Part shown: piece by piece, positions 19,279-28,767 of the stretch | How the letters are laid out: each line of letters starts with the position of its first letter | How positions within the stretch are numbered: the first letter of the stretch is position 1 | NCBI GenBank assembly: GCA_900128585.1 | Contig: LT642146.1 | Location: 1-64,000 of the forward strand | DNA length: 64,000 nucleotides | Reading direction: 5' to 3' | Origin: Stramenopiles sp. TOSAG23-3 | Lineage: Eukaryota | Program-made: the position numbers and the translations under genes | Notes under the pieces: model-generated | Database searches by the model: none | What the model was told of the DNA's origin: nothing | The model's input: only the letters and a program-made list of their open reading frames with translations

Positions 19279-21147
19279 TTATCGCTTGGCAGCAGCCCCA
19301 CCTCGCTTTCGTTTGTATGCGGGCTCCGTTGAAGCAATCATATTATCATACGATCGTTTAAAAACAAAGGGGTGGCGTACCTTCCCCTTGGCATCGACGA
19401 AGTAAAGCAGGGTTTGTTGGAGTTTGTTCAGGGACCCGTCTAGTCTATCGAGCACCATCTGGATACGAAAAAGTTCAGCGCTGTCTGTATCAGAAAGCTT
19501 AGAATTTCTCCGCGTAATTCTTACGTACAGGTTTTTTGACGTTGCAATTTTCACTATTTCGACGGATGTCGGAGTGTTGCCATGTTCTTCCCACCGCACG
19601 GTGGCCGTTTTCGTTTTCGTCTCTACGTCACTAATGCTGGTAATGGTGCCAGTCTTGTGGAGATTACGCACAGTCATCCCCAGGGAGAGATCATCACAGT
19701 CGAAGATAGGCACATACTTTTCTCCATGGGTTTGGGCTAATTCTAGAATGTTGTTTTTGGTGGACACGATGTGTTGCTTTCTCAAGGTCACGTTAAAAAT
19801 GCACTGCAGAGTGAAACGTTCTGCGGCTACGGAGAGCATCTTGTGCGAAGAGTGCCAGAAATAAAACGTAGTGGATGGCGCACGGTTTGGGGGTCGTGAA
19901 ACTTCGTGCAGAGCCACAACATTGTCCTGCAGCATATCGTACAATCTCTGGCGGGCCTCATGCACCGGCACCATCCCTAATTCACTTATCATGTTCTGCT
20001 CTAAATGCCCCTTCTCGACCAAGAGCTTTAATATGCGAGCGCTTTCAGTACCGTAGCGGTGGGAAACAATGCTTTCAGACATCTCATGAACAATCTGGGT
20101 GTGGATACTTCCCACGTTTACTTGGTAGGCGCCGTTGCCAAGGACCAAGAGCGCAGAGGGCTGCATGTTGCACAACCGCTTGATACAGTTGTCGATGAGA
20201 TCATTCCCCCAAGAGAAAGTTAGCTGGTCTGAGACGGGAATGTGTGCAGGATTTTTCAGAGATTTTTTGACATCGTGGAGGTGTACTATTGTTTCGTTCT
20301 GGCGAACAAAGTGGCCATCGTGGTCGCACGCTTGCATTTGTTTCTTCCTCGCACACATCAAAAATGCCCTGTACACCTCAACTACAGAGGAGACGTTCTC
20401 CCCGTTGTTCTTTCTTCCAATTTGGGCGTGGTTGACATAGTCCAGGCACATTTTGTGCCGCAGCTGAAGGTGAATTCGGCCCACGTGCACGACGTGATGC
20501 GGCGTGCTGCTGCCTGTACTTTGCACATCTGCCTTCACAATAAAGCCTCTCCCTGCTAGAAAATCCCAGGCAGACTTGAAACTCTTTACTTTGCTGCCCA
20601 TCTTGGCTTCATGGTACCGTTTCAACGCAGCCTCATAGGTGCACCCGGCAGCCCTCATAATGGACAAAATGTTGCCGGTGGTTTTTCCGACTCCTGCACC
20701 CAACTCGTTAGTGGCTTCTTCGGTAACGGCCGCTATGTACTCTGGGAAGTGAAGCCACAAAAGTATTGAATTGGTATCAAAATCAAACATACATTTTCCT
20801 GGACTAGACCCATCTTCAGGATATTGATAACTGTATATGACCCCGTGATCAATCAAGACCCACAAGCAGGTCCCGACCTCTTTCTCCGTCAAGGCAACGA
20901 CTTGGGCTTCCCCACAACCGATTGTATACTTCGAAGCACGACTGACTAAGCTGGTGTTTCTGCCGACAGTCGGATCCTTGCACAGCGAAATAATTTCTGA
21001 ATGAGTCACTGGCCCCTTCGCGGCAACTATTTCACAAAGGCGGTGACATTGGTACCCAAAGTATTGAGCGACTAAGTTAAGAGCGACCAGCTTCCGGTGC
21101 TTACTTGCCTTTTCGGTGACCTCATTGTGTGCTACAATGTTCGCCAT
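19279..21147 (-). CDS. POLR3C: RNA polymerase III subunit RPC3 (C82/C62)
   Basis: N-terminal winged-helix pattern (QYFG...LWVLIDHG) and RYGTESARILKLLVEKGHLEQNMISELGMVP...LHEVSR...PSTTFYFW, characteristic of RPC3. Confidence 0.85.
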   Translation of the reverse strand: MANIVAHNEVTEKASKHRKLVALNLVAQYFGYQCHRLCEIVAAKGPVTHSEIISLCKDPTVGRNTSLVSRASKYTIGCGEAQVVALTEKEVGTCLWVLIDHGVIYSYQYPEDGSSPGKCMFDFDTNSILLWLHFPEYIAAVTEEATNELGAGVGKTTGNILSIMRAAGCTYEAALKRYHEAKMGSKVKSFKSAWDFLAGRGFIVKADVQSTGSSTPHHVVHVGRIHLQLRHKMCLDYVNHAQIGRKNNGENVSSVVEVYRAFLMCARKKQMQACDHDGHFVRQNETIVHLHDVKKSLKNPAHIPVSDQLTFSWGNDLIDNCIKRLCNMQPSALLVLGNGAYQVNVGSIHTQIVHEMSESIVSHRYGTESARILKLLVEKGHLEQNMISELGMVPVHEARQRLYDMLQDNVVALHEVSRPPNRAPSTTFYFWHSSHKMLSVAAERFTLQCIFNVTLRKQHIVSTKNNILELAQTHGEKYVPIFDCDDLSLGMTVRNLHKTGTITSISDVETKTKTATVRWEEHGNTPTSVEIVKIATSKNLYVRITRRNSKLSDTDSAELFRIQMVLDRLDGSLNKLQQTLLYFVDAKGKVRHPFVFKRSYDNMIASTEPAYKRKRGGAAAKR

Positions 21148-21618
21148 ACCGTGCGTACGAAGGCAGAATAGATGGGTATGTGCTGTACAACAATTCTTTG
21201 CACTATCTTATTCTCAATGACTATGACGTTTTATCAGTTTAAACCACATAAAAACATATACTTAAATAGCAACCAAATTGATAAATCTTTTAACAATCTT
21301 CGCAGATTCTCGTTGCATGTACGTACGGTGTGAGTTCCGTCGTCGCGGAAGAATTATTATTATTAGACGACGTAGATTGGCAGGTATTAATAATACCAAG
21401 TACAGGTAGTAAAAAGAGGTAGGTCATTTATTATTTTTTTTTTTTAATTAATTGGTGGTTGTGGCCCCCGCACCTCCATTGATTTTATTTTTACATGTAC
21501 AGTTCCTCGTATAGTAAGAATACAGAAGTGCAGTATGTTAGTCTCTAATATCTATATTTATCCTTTACGATTATATATCTAATAATACCACTCTAGCTTA
21601 CTGCTGAGGCCAAATTAT

Positions 21619-22674
21619 TTATTTATACAGGTTTTCTCGGAGATTGTAGCTTGTCATTCTCATCAATTCGTTATTTTGTTCCTTTAAAGCGCTTCCAGCC
21701 GCAACGTAAGAGGAATGGCTCTGCAATTGTTGAGTTTTTCCGAAGCCAATCCCGTTGTCTAAATAATTCTTGAGCAAGTTTAGTAACTTGTGTAACTCGT
21801 TATCCGTTTCGTTCATTCGCATACTGCTGTCAATTGCATCTTCATACGCCTTTCTTGCAAGGGACACTGCTTCTTCCGTCTTGTCACAGTACTGGTCCAA
21901 AAATATCGCATAATTCAGAGCCAGCCCCAGCCTCGTGACGTCTACGGATATCAAGTAATCCTGCGCTATGATGTGGGCTCTTGAATAGGAATCCAAAGCC
22001 ACCTCGATCATCGTAGAGGAGCGTTCCAATTCCAACAAGTAACGATAGAAGTCGCCTTTGAGTTTCAAATAGAAGCATTTTTCTTCCTCAATACTTGAGC
22101 GGGGGAGCAAATGGGAGTCGAGAAGTTTGATGAATCTCCAACATTGCGACTCAACGCTTCGTTGGATCTCGTTCACTCTCAGCTGAATCACCCCGCGCGC
22201 CAGGTACTCGTCACCCAAGCAGTGCAACAAGTTTGCACTCAGCTGTTCAAACGATCTGCGCTTTGCATTCACGCTTTCTTTAAATGCTTGGACAAGCATG
22301 GTGCGCTCCTGAATAGAGAGCGAAAAGTTTTTCCCGTGCACTACAACGGCGTACATTTCCTCACACATCAAGTCATAAAGTGGCGGATTGCAGTCCCTCA
22401 GCGCCTTTGCACAGATTACATGGCCTTCTCTGGCAGTCGTATCAATGACAACCTTCTCTGGGACTGTCCCCAGATCGGATAACAATTCGACCTGTTCCCA
22501 TGCATCGTTAGCAGCAACCACGGTCGCCCAGTTTTCCACGCTAACGGATATCCCCCCATCATCACTGATCTGCTCCCATTTATCGTGGTCCCATCGTTCA
22601 CCTGCCAAATCCCGGGCTACGTTTTCATAAATCCTGCCCTTGATTGCCCTCGCTTTTATCACATCGTTGCCCAT
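21619..22674 (-). CDS. Divergent 14-3-3-like protein with N- and C-terminal extensions
   Basis: FYLKLKGDFYRYL, RLGLALNY, A..LARKAYEDAI, ERTML..AFK. Confidence 0.85.
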   Translation of the reverse strand: MGNDVIKARAIKGRIYENVARDLAGERWDHDKWEQISDDGGISVSVENWATVVAANDAWEQVELLSDLGTVPEKVVIDTTAREGHVICAKALRDCNPPLYDLMCEEMYAVVVHGKNFSLSIQERTMLVQAFKESVNAKRRSFEQLSANLLHCLGDEYLARGVIQLRVNEIQRSVESQCWRFIKLLDSHLLPRSSIEEEKCFYLKLKGDFYRYLLELERSSTMIEVALDSYSRAHIIAQDYLISVDVTRLGLALNYAIFLDQYCDKTEEAVSLARKAYEDAIDSSMRMNETDNELHKLLNLLKNYLDNGIGFGKTQQLQSHSSYVAAGSALKEQNNELMRMTSYNLRENLYK

Positions 22675-23537
22675 TGGACGCGAATCTATTTAATGTTCTA
22701 CACTCCCATACAGGTGGCCTCTCGGTTCTTTCTGACTGAATAGAACCGCTTTCTTATCGTGTTAACTGGGATCGATTACTTATTTAAATGTAATGATTTC
22801 CATATTAGTAGTCGTCTATCGCAGAAGAAAAAATTCGGAGGATAGAAGAAGAACAGAAGATGAGAAAAAATATGAAAAATGATTTTATATAAAAAATAAA
22901 AATATGAGAATTAATACAGGTACATACCAATTGGTACAATAACAAATAAGGAAAGAATGAACCAAACAATACAACGTAGTCTAGGGAAAATATAAGTATA
23001 ATTACTACTATAAATGAACCATTTAAGGTAAGATAAATATAATATGAAAACATTCCATCGTTGATCAATATTAACAACTTTACAGTTTTTTTTTAAAACT
23101 ATTAAAATATTATACACCTTAATTAAAACAAATAAGAGGGGAGCAAGGAGCACAACCATATTCCCTTGGAAATTGAGTTGAGTTAGACTTGGCGGCGTTT
23201 TACCGTTTTCTATTAGTCATCATCTAAACGGCCACTTCTATATTAACTAACAGTATTAACAGGAGTACAGTATAGGTTTTTACAACAGATTCCGCATACA
23301 ACACTTATAATTGTACAACTTCTAATAAATAACAACAACAGCAGCAAATAAGCTGAGCAGCCAACGTACAAAATACAACTAAACTTCTTCATGTTTATGT
23401 ATCGGATTGGATACAACAAGTAGATAAATATTTAATATCTATTTTATTTCTCTTGCAAACGTATTGAACACTTTGTGTAAAAATAATTTGGACGTCTGCA
23501 CGTTCCCTAGAAACATTAGCAGAAACGAAGCTGCAAT

Positions 23538-26500
23538 ATGTCGGCGAACAACAGTAACTCTGCCGGGGTTGCCTTGGACCTCAACCGGAGAAAGAAGAAA
23601 CGCCGCATCAAGTTGTTGCGTGTCGCGGCCCCCGATCAGTCGTTGGGGGCGAAAGACCAATTCAATAGTGCCACAATCAATCCCAGCGCGAGCGTTGCTA
23701 GCCTTGCATCGGCCAGTTCGTTTAAAAAAAGTCCCAGTAAGCATCGGGGTGTTGTCCTCGCAAAGAATGTAAACGCAGACTCTTTGCGTTCGCTTGGGCC
23801 AACGTCTCCAATTAAGATTGACAAAGACGCTGGACCTGTAATCGACCCAAAGACCAAGAGGGTGGTGGAGAGAACAATTTTAGGCACGGCCGAGGACTTC
23901 GAGGAAATGCACGTGATGAAAGCCGGGGCGAACCGAGGCCGAACGTTTCAGCCCAGGCGCCATAGCATCGAAAAAAAGGAAGAGAAGGGCAACGAAGCAG
24001 CCCCCCGGATGACAAGCATCCAGGACAGCACGTTCATTGACAACCAGGCGGAGGATGATGTTTTTATGTACAAGCATCGGCTGCTAGACCCGGCCGAGGT
24101 TTCTAAGCGGAGAGAGCGCATCGCAGAGGCTCGAAAAGAAGAAGCGGAGTACATGAAAGAGGAGGAGGATAGTATGCTTATGTGTGATTTGATAGTGTCG
24201 CGTCGGGAGCAGAACGCTCTCAAGAATTGGAAAAAAATCCAGAAAACGTGGGGCCATTTCCGAAAACAAATGGCGAAGGAGTTGAAAAAGCACCCAGACG
24301 ACCTGGTCGTGTCTCGTTCGTTCGAGTACCGCGAAAAGCGGGAAGAATACCAGATGTTGGAGGGCGCCACCCCGGCAGACTTAAAGCACGGCAGCGAGTA
24401 CTGGATGATGAGCCTGAGGGGCATGGGCACGCGGTACGTGCCTGTCGGTAACATTTTTAGCGGGCTCTTCTGCCCCGTGAACGAAGACAAAGAGTACACC
24501 ATTGACATTATTCGGCAGCCAGGAACCACGGATCCAAAGAGAAAAAACGCCCCAAAAAATTGGCGGCACTCTCACACGTTAATGGAGCGACAGAAGCGCA
24601 TGAAAAAGAAGCTGATGGAGATGCGCCCTCACTTTATTGGAGCGGATGAAACGGAATCGCTCATCGCACAAGCGGAAGGGTTGTTTGAGTGGGCAGAGAG
24701 AAGCTCCAAACAATACTTTGAGAACCAAAAGATCGAAAGCGAGAAAGAAGTAGGAAGAACCGAAGCCGAAGATGCCGAGACGAAGGACAAGGAAGTCGAG
24801 GAAGCAGAAGCGCTCCCAGAAGTAAAACAGGGCCCAGCTTTGTCACTGACCAACCCGTCAGCGACAGCCAATAGTGTTGCCAATTGTGGCGGCAATACAA
24901 CCCGGCTGCTGTTGAATTCCATCGTTGGAGATCAAACAGACGCTGTCATCGTTGTCAAAAACAGGGGAACGACAGCGTTGTTTTATTCGTGGAACAAGGT
25001 CGACTCAGAGCCAACTTTGGACCAATCTCTTACAGGTGGCCCCCGTGGCCGCGGGCAGGTGTACTGCCGCGATCGCTCGGGGGTTTTATTGCCGGGGCTG
25101 ACAAAAGAGTTCCCGTTCAGTTTTAAATCAAACATTGCAGGAATGTTTTCCGAAGAATGGGAAATTGTAACCGTGCCTCCAGTAAGCGAGAACCCGACCA
25201 AGTTGGCAATTAAGGCCATGGTCACGGAGGAAGACTTGCTGGCACCGAAGCGCGATGCCCTAGAGGCAAAGCTCGCCGACCAGGCATTGACTCATGGCAT
25301 TGAGGACATGCTTCGGGATATTGTGCGGGACGTCAAAACCCCACCCCCACCGCCGCTGACGGAAGTTGAACTGAAGCAAAAGAAATTTGAAGAATCCAAC
25401 GCTGACCTGCCAACTCCATTGTTCTACACCGAAGATCTCCACGAAGAAGTCAGGTCTTTGGCGCAAAAAATCTTTTTGGCAACTATCCCGCCACCGGAAC
25501 CAGTCGTGAAAGAAACGCCGGCTGCCGAAGGGGAGGATGTGGAGCAGACTGTTGAAGGGGAACCTGTTGGAGACGGTAGTGTAGTTGAAAGCACCGGCGA
25601 AGGTACCGAGCTGGACACGGAGAGCAAAAGCCAGGCCGAACCGTCGGAAGTGGAAGGGAAAGAAAAAACTGCGGAAGACGAAGCCACGGCAGTCGAGCCC
25701 TCAGCCGAAGAAGGTGCCCCAGAGCCCCCCGTCGAGGTTGTGCCTGTCGTGATCGACCGTGAATGGGGCGGAACGTTTAGTGAACTAGTAATGGTAGTGA
25801 AAGAGGAAGTTATGCCCCTTGATATGGAAGTTGCGGAAAGCCTGCTGTACGAATTGCAGCTGTTGCAACAGCAGTTTGCACAGCCTCCGGTTTCGTTGTC
25901 GTCTGCACTGTCAGCAGGTCGGGAATTTTTCAACAATATCGCAATGGAGATCCCTAGTATATCTGATTCTCTGCTGGAAGAGAACGGTTTGGAGCCTCGG
26001 GCCAAATTCAAGCGCCCGCGCAGTTTGAAACCGGGCCAAGAGGAAGATCCAAACCGAAAGCTTGCACCACGCGGTGGAGCATGGAAAGTCCAGCCTGAAG
26101 AAGGAGACGACGATGACGCCACCCCAGAAAGTGCGTACCGAAAATCGCTCGAAAAGTCGGTGGCTGCCAAACTCTCTGAAATGATTCCTTCGTTCGTGGA
26201 GAATGCCATAGCTACCAAGCAAGCGAAGATAGCAGAAGAGCGCAAATTGCGTGCGATGGAACTCTCCGTTCTAGATTTTCCGTGGAAAACTCAAACGCAA
26301 GACGACGACGAAGACGCTGCAGAGAATGAGGACGATGAAAACGAGGAAGCGAAGGTGGTGGAACCCCTGGAGCCAGTGTTTGCTGCAATCAACAGCGGCA
26401 GCGTCTTGCTTCGTGCGGATATGAACTTTGTACTCGAGGACGAGGGCGACGGCTCATGGAGCATAATGGAAACGAAAATAAACGACAAACGCATCGCAAA

Positions 26501-28127
26501 CATTTCTGCAAATATAAAGAGACTGGTGTCGGCAAACGCGCTTGTAATCACGATCGTTGGCCATCTGGGAGACCCCCAAGGCGAAGCTGACACCAAGCAC
26601 ACCCTGTTGCCAGTAGCGGAGATGATCACCGATGCGGTGGAGATACCTGTTCAGTTTGTCTCTTCTATAGAGGAAGCTACAGCGATCATTGATGCAGAGA
26701 AAGAAAAGAAGAAAATCAACGATGAAAAGGAGGCGGCAAAAGTAGCCGCCAAGCAGGCAAAGGCAGCTGCCCGCGCTGCACGAAGAGCAGAAGCTGGGAG
26801 CGACTACGAATCTGACGAGGACGATGATGACGAGGACGAGGAGGACGAAGAAGAGGAGGAGGAGGACGCACCCCCCTGCAAAATTATTCTGTTGGAAAAT
26901 GTTGGCTATACCCTTGCAGAACACTCTGACTACATGGGAAAACTTCCACAAAACGCAGAGGAAGAAGATATTGAGGATCGCCGGAATGAAATAGACGAGT
27001 ACTGTGCCAAGTTGAGCAACATGGCAGATATTTTCATCAACGACGACCTTCCAGGGTCAAGCGTGGCAAATATGACTATATCAGGCGTCTCCTCGGCGTC
27101 TTCTTTTACAATTCCAGGGTTAACACTGCAGAAGGAACTACAAAACTTCTGCGAGTTCTTTGAGAATTCCGAAAATGGAAAGAAGATAGCTGTTGTTAGC
27201 GGCTCATCGTTACAAGGCAAAGTCGAATTGCTTCGTTTACTGTTGCAAAGGGTGGACGAGATATTGATTGGGGGAGGCGTTGGACCATTGTTTGAGCGCG
27301 TTCGTAGGGAGTGGGACGCGCGGAACAATGCCGGTGACGAAAACGCTGTCGATGCCGAAGGGCAAGACGGAGGCGCAGACCCGGCACAGGAAGATAACGA
27401 TGAAGATGGCGAGGAGGAAGACGAGGAAGACGAGGACGCAGAAGATGAGGACGAAGAAGGAGGGGAACCTGAAGGCCATGTGCCAACCATGACGGACGAA
27501 GAATCCTCCTTGTTGCCCATCGCACGTTTGTTGTTTTCGGACGCCAAGCGGCTAGGTGTTGGCATCCACTTGCCAGGAGACTATGTGCTAGGCGACGAAC
27601 CAGTTGTTAGAGACGAGCCAGGATACGAAGTAGAATACGACGGAGAAGCAGCGGAGTGGGTTGTTCCGGCAGTCGGTGCAGTCGGAGAGGACGGCAAGCC
27701 CGTCACTGGGCGTGCTGTGTGGGGCATTCCAGAGCGCGATATGCATATTCTTGACATTGGCCCGGAAACTCAGGAGCGCTACGCAGAGATCATCCGTGGT
27801 GCACAGAGTGTGCTATGGAGCGGGGCAGTTGGAGAAATCCAACACGGAGAAGGCCAGGGGGGAACGGCAGCTATGCTGGACGCCATGGCCGGAGCAACTG
27901 AAAACGGAGGGAAGACGTTGGTCGTCTCACCAGTTCTAGTCGACTTTCTTCGTACCGTGTCTGGCGTTGAAGACGAAGCCTTGGCATTGCTTAGCGCTGC
28001 GTCTGAAAAGCTGTTGATAGATGTAATGAACGGATCCATCGCAGGGGTTCAGGCATTGAAGAAAAAAGACATCGTTGTTCCGTCAGAAAAAGATGTGGCG
28101 GAAGAGGAAAATGCTGATGAGAGTTGA
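23538..28127 (+). CDS. MYCBP-associated protein-like N-half fused to a degenerate phosphoglycerate-kinase-like C-half
   Basis: N-half: WMMSLR, VGNIFSGL, NRGTTALFYSW, GVLLPG...FSFKSNIAGMFSEEW (MYCBPAP pattern). C-half: VLLRADMN, GHLGDP, ILLEN, ILIGGG, LDIGPET, VLWSG in PGK order. Confidence 0.75.
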   Translation: MSANNSNSAGVALDLNRRKKKRRIKLLRVAAPDQSLGAKDQFNSATINPSASVASLASASSFKKSPSKHRGVVLAKNVNADSLRSLGPTSPIKIDKDAGPVIDPKTKRVVERTILGTAEDFEEMHVMKAGANRGRTFQPRRHSIEKKEEKGNEAAPRMTSIQDSTFIDNQAEDDVFMYKHRLLDPAEVSKRRERIAEARKEEAEYMKEEEDSMLMCDLIVSRREQNALKNWKKIQKTWGHFRKQMAKELKKHPDDLVVSRSFEYREKREEYQMLEGATPADLKHGSEYWMMSLRGMGTRYVPVGNIFSGLFCPVNEDKEYTIDIIRQPGTTDPKRKNAPKNWRHSHTLMERQKRMKKKLMEMRPHFIGADETESLIAQAEGLFEWAERSSKQYFENQKIESEKEVGRTEAEDAETKDKEVEEAEALPEVKQGPALSLTNPSATANSVANCGGNTTRLLLNSIVGDQTDAVIVVKNRGTTALFYSWNKVDSEPTLDQSLTGGPRGRGQVYCRDRSGVLLPGLTKEFPFSFKSNIAGMFSEEWEIVTVPPVSENPTKLAIKAMVTEEDLLAPKRDALEAKLADQALTHGIEDMLRDIVRDVKTPPPPPLTEVELKQKKFEESNADLPTPLFYTEDLHEEVRSLAQKIFLATIPPPEPVVKETPAAEGEDVEQTVEGEPVGDGSVVESTGEGTELDTESKSQAEPSEVEGKEKTAEDEATAVEPSAEEGAPEPPVEVVPVVIDREWGGTFSELVMVVKEEVMPLDMEVAESLLYELQLLQQQFAQPPVSLSSALSAGREFFNNIAMEIPSISDSLLEENGLEPRAKFKRPRSLKPGQEEDPNRKLAPRGGAWKVQPEEGDDDDATPESAYRKSLEKSVAAKLSEMIPSFVENAIATKQAKIAEERKLRAMELSVLDFPWKTQTQDDDEDAAENEDDENEEAKVVEPLEPVFAAINSGSVLLRADMNFVLEDEGDGSWSIMETKINDKRIANISANIKRLVSANALVITIVGHLGDPQGEADTKHTLLPVAEMITDAVEIPVQFVSSIEEATAIIDAEKEKKKINDEKEAAKVAAKQAKAAARAARRAEAGSDYESDEDDDDEDEEDEEEEEEDAPPCKIILLENVGYTLAEHSDYMGKLPQNAEEEDIEDRRNEIDEYCAKLSNMADIFINDDLPGSSVANMTISGVSSASSFTIPGLTLQKELQNFCEFFENSENGKKIAVVSGSSLQGKVELLRLLLQRVDEILIGGGVGPLFERVRREWDARNNAGDENAVDAEGQDGGADPAQEDNDEDGEEEDEEDEDAEDEDEEGGEPEGHVPTMTDEESSLLPIARLLFSDAKRLGVGIHLPGDYVLGDEPVVRDEPGYEVEYDGEAAEWVVPAVGAVGEDGKPVTGRAVWGIPERDMHILDIGPETQERYAEIIRGAQSVLWSGAVGEIQHGEGQGGTAAMLDAMAGATENGGKTLVVSPVLVDFLRTVSGVEDEALALLSAASEKLLIDVMNGSIAGVQALKKKDIVVPSEKDVAEEENADES

Positions 28128-28767
28128 GAAATAAATAGACTTATTCAATTTTGTTTTTCATTGTAATTTTTTTTACAGATACCTTGGTACTACCACTCTG
28201 AACATCAAAAAAAAACCTTCAGCGCTCTCTTTCTAGTCTATTGTATTGGATAACACCATTAACATTGTTCTTAGCACCATCACAGCATTGAATGCAGCTC
28301 CACTACCACCAAATAATTTTCTGGCTTATCTTAATATAATTTATCCCTATTTTATTTTCCTATTTATTGTATTTATAGCATAAAGAGAATACTTAATTAG
28401 TTTTTGGCATTACAATAGAGAATATATACAAATATACTTAAAAAAATATAATTAACTATATTCATATACAAGTGGACCGTAGGAGGGCACACCAGGTATT
28501 CCTTCTGAAGAAAAAAAGAAGCTTTTTTGTTTGTTGTTTGTTTGTTTGAATGTTGTTATAGTAGAAGATAATAATTATAATATTGTACGTACATTTTACC
28601 TGAAGAATAGAAACTGTTCAACTTTTTGTTTCGTGAGTGATAAAAAGGATTGCTGAAATAAAGAACACCTGATTACACGGTCACGGAAGCTGATCGTACT
28701 TTTGCCTCACCGTTTCATCGTGCAAGTTGTATATATAGTATACATATATTGTTTTTTAAGCGACGCA

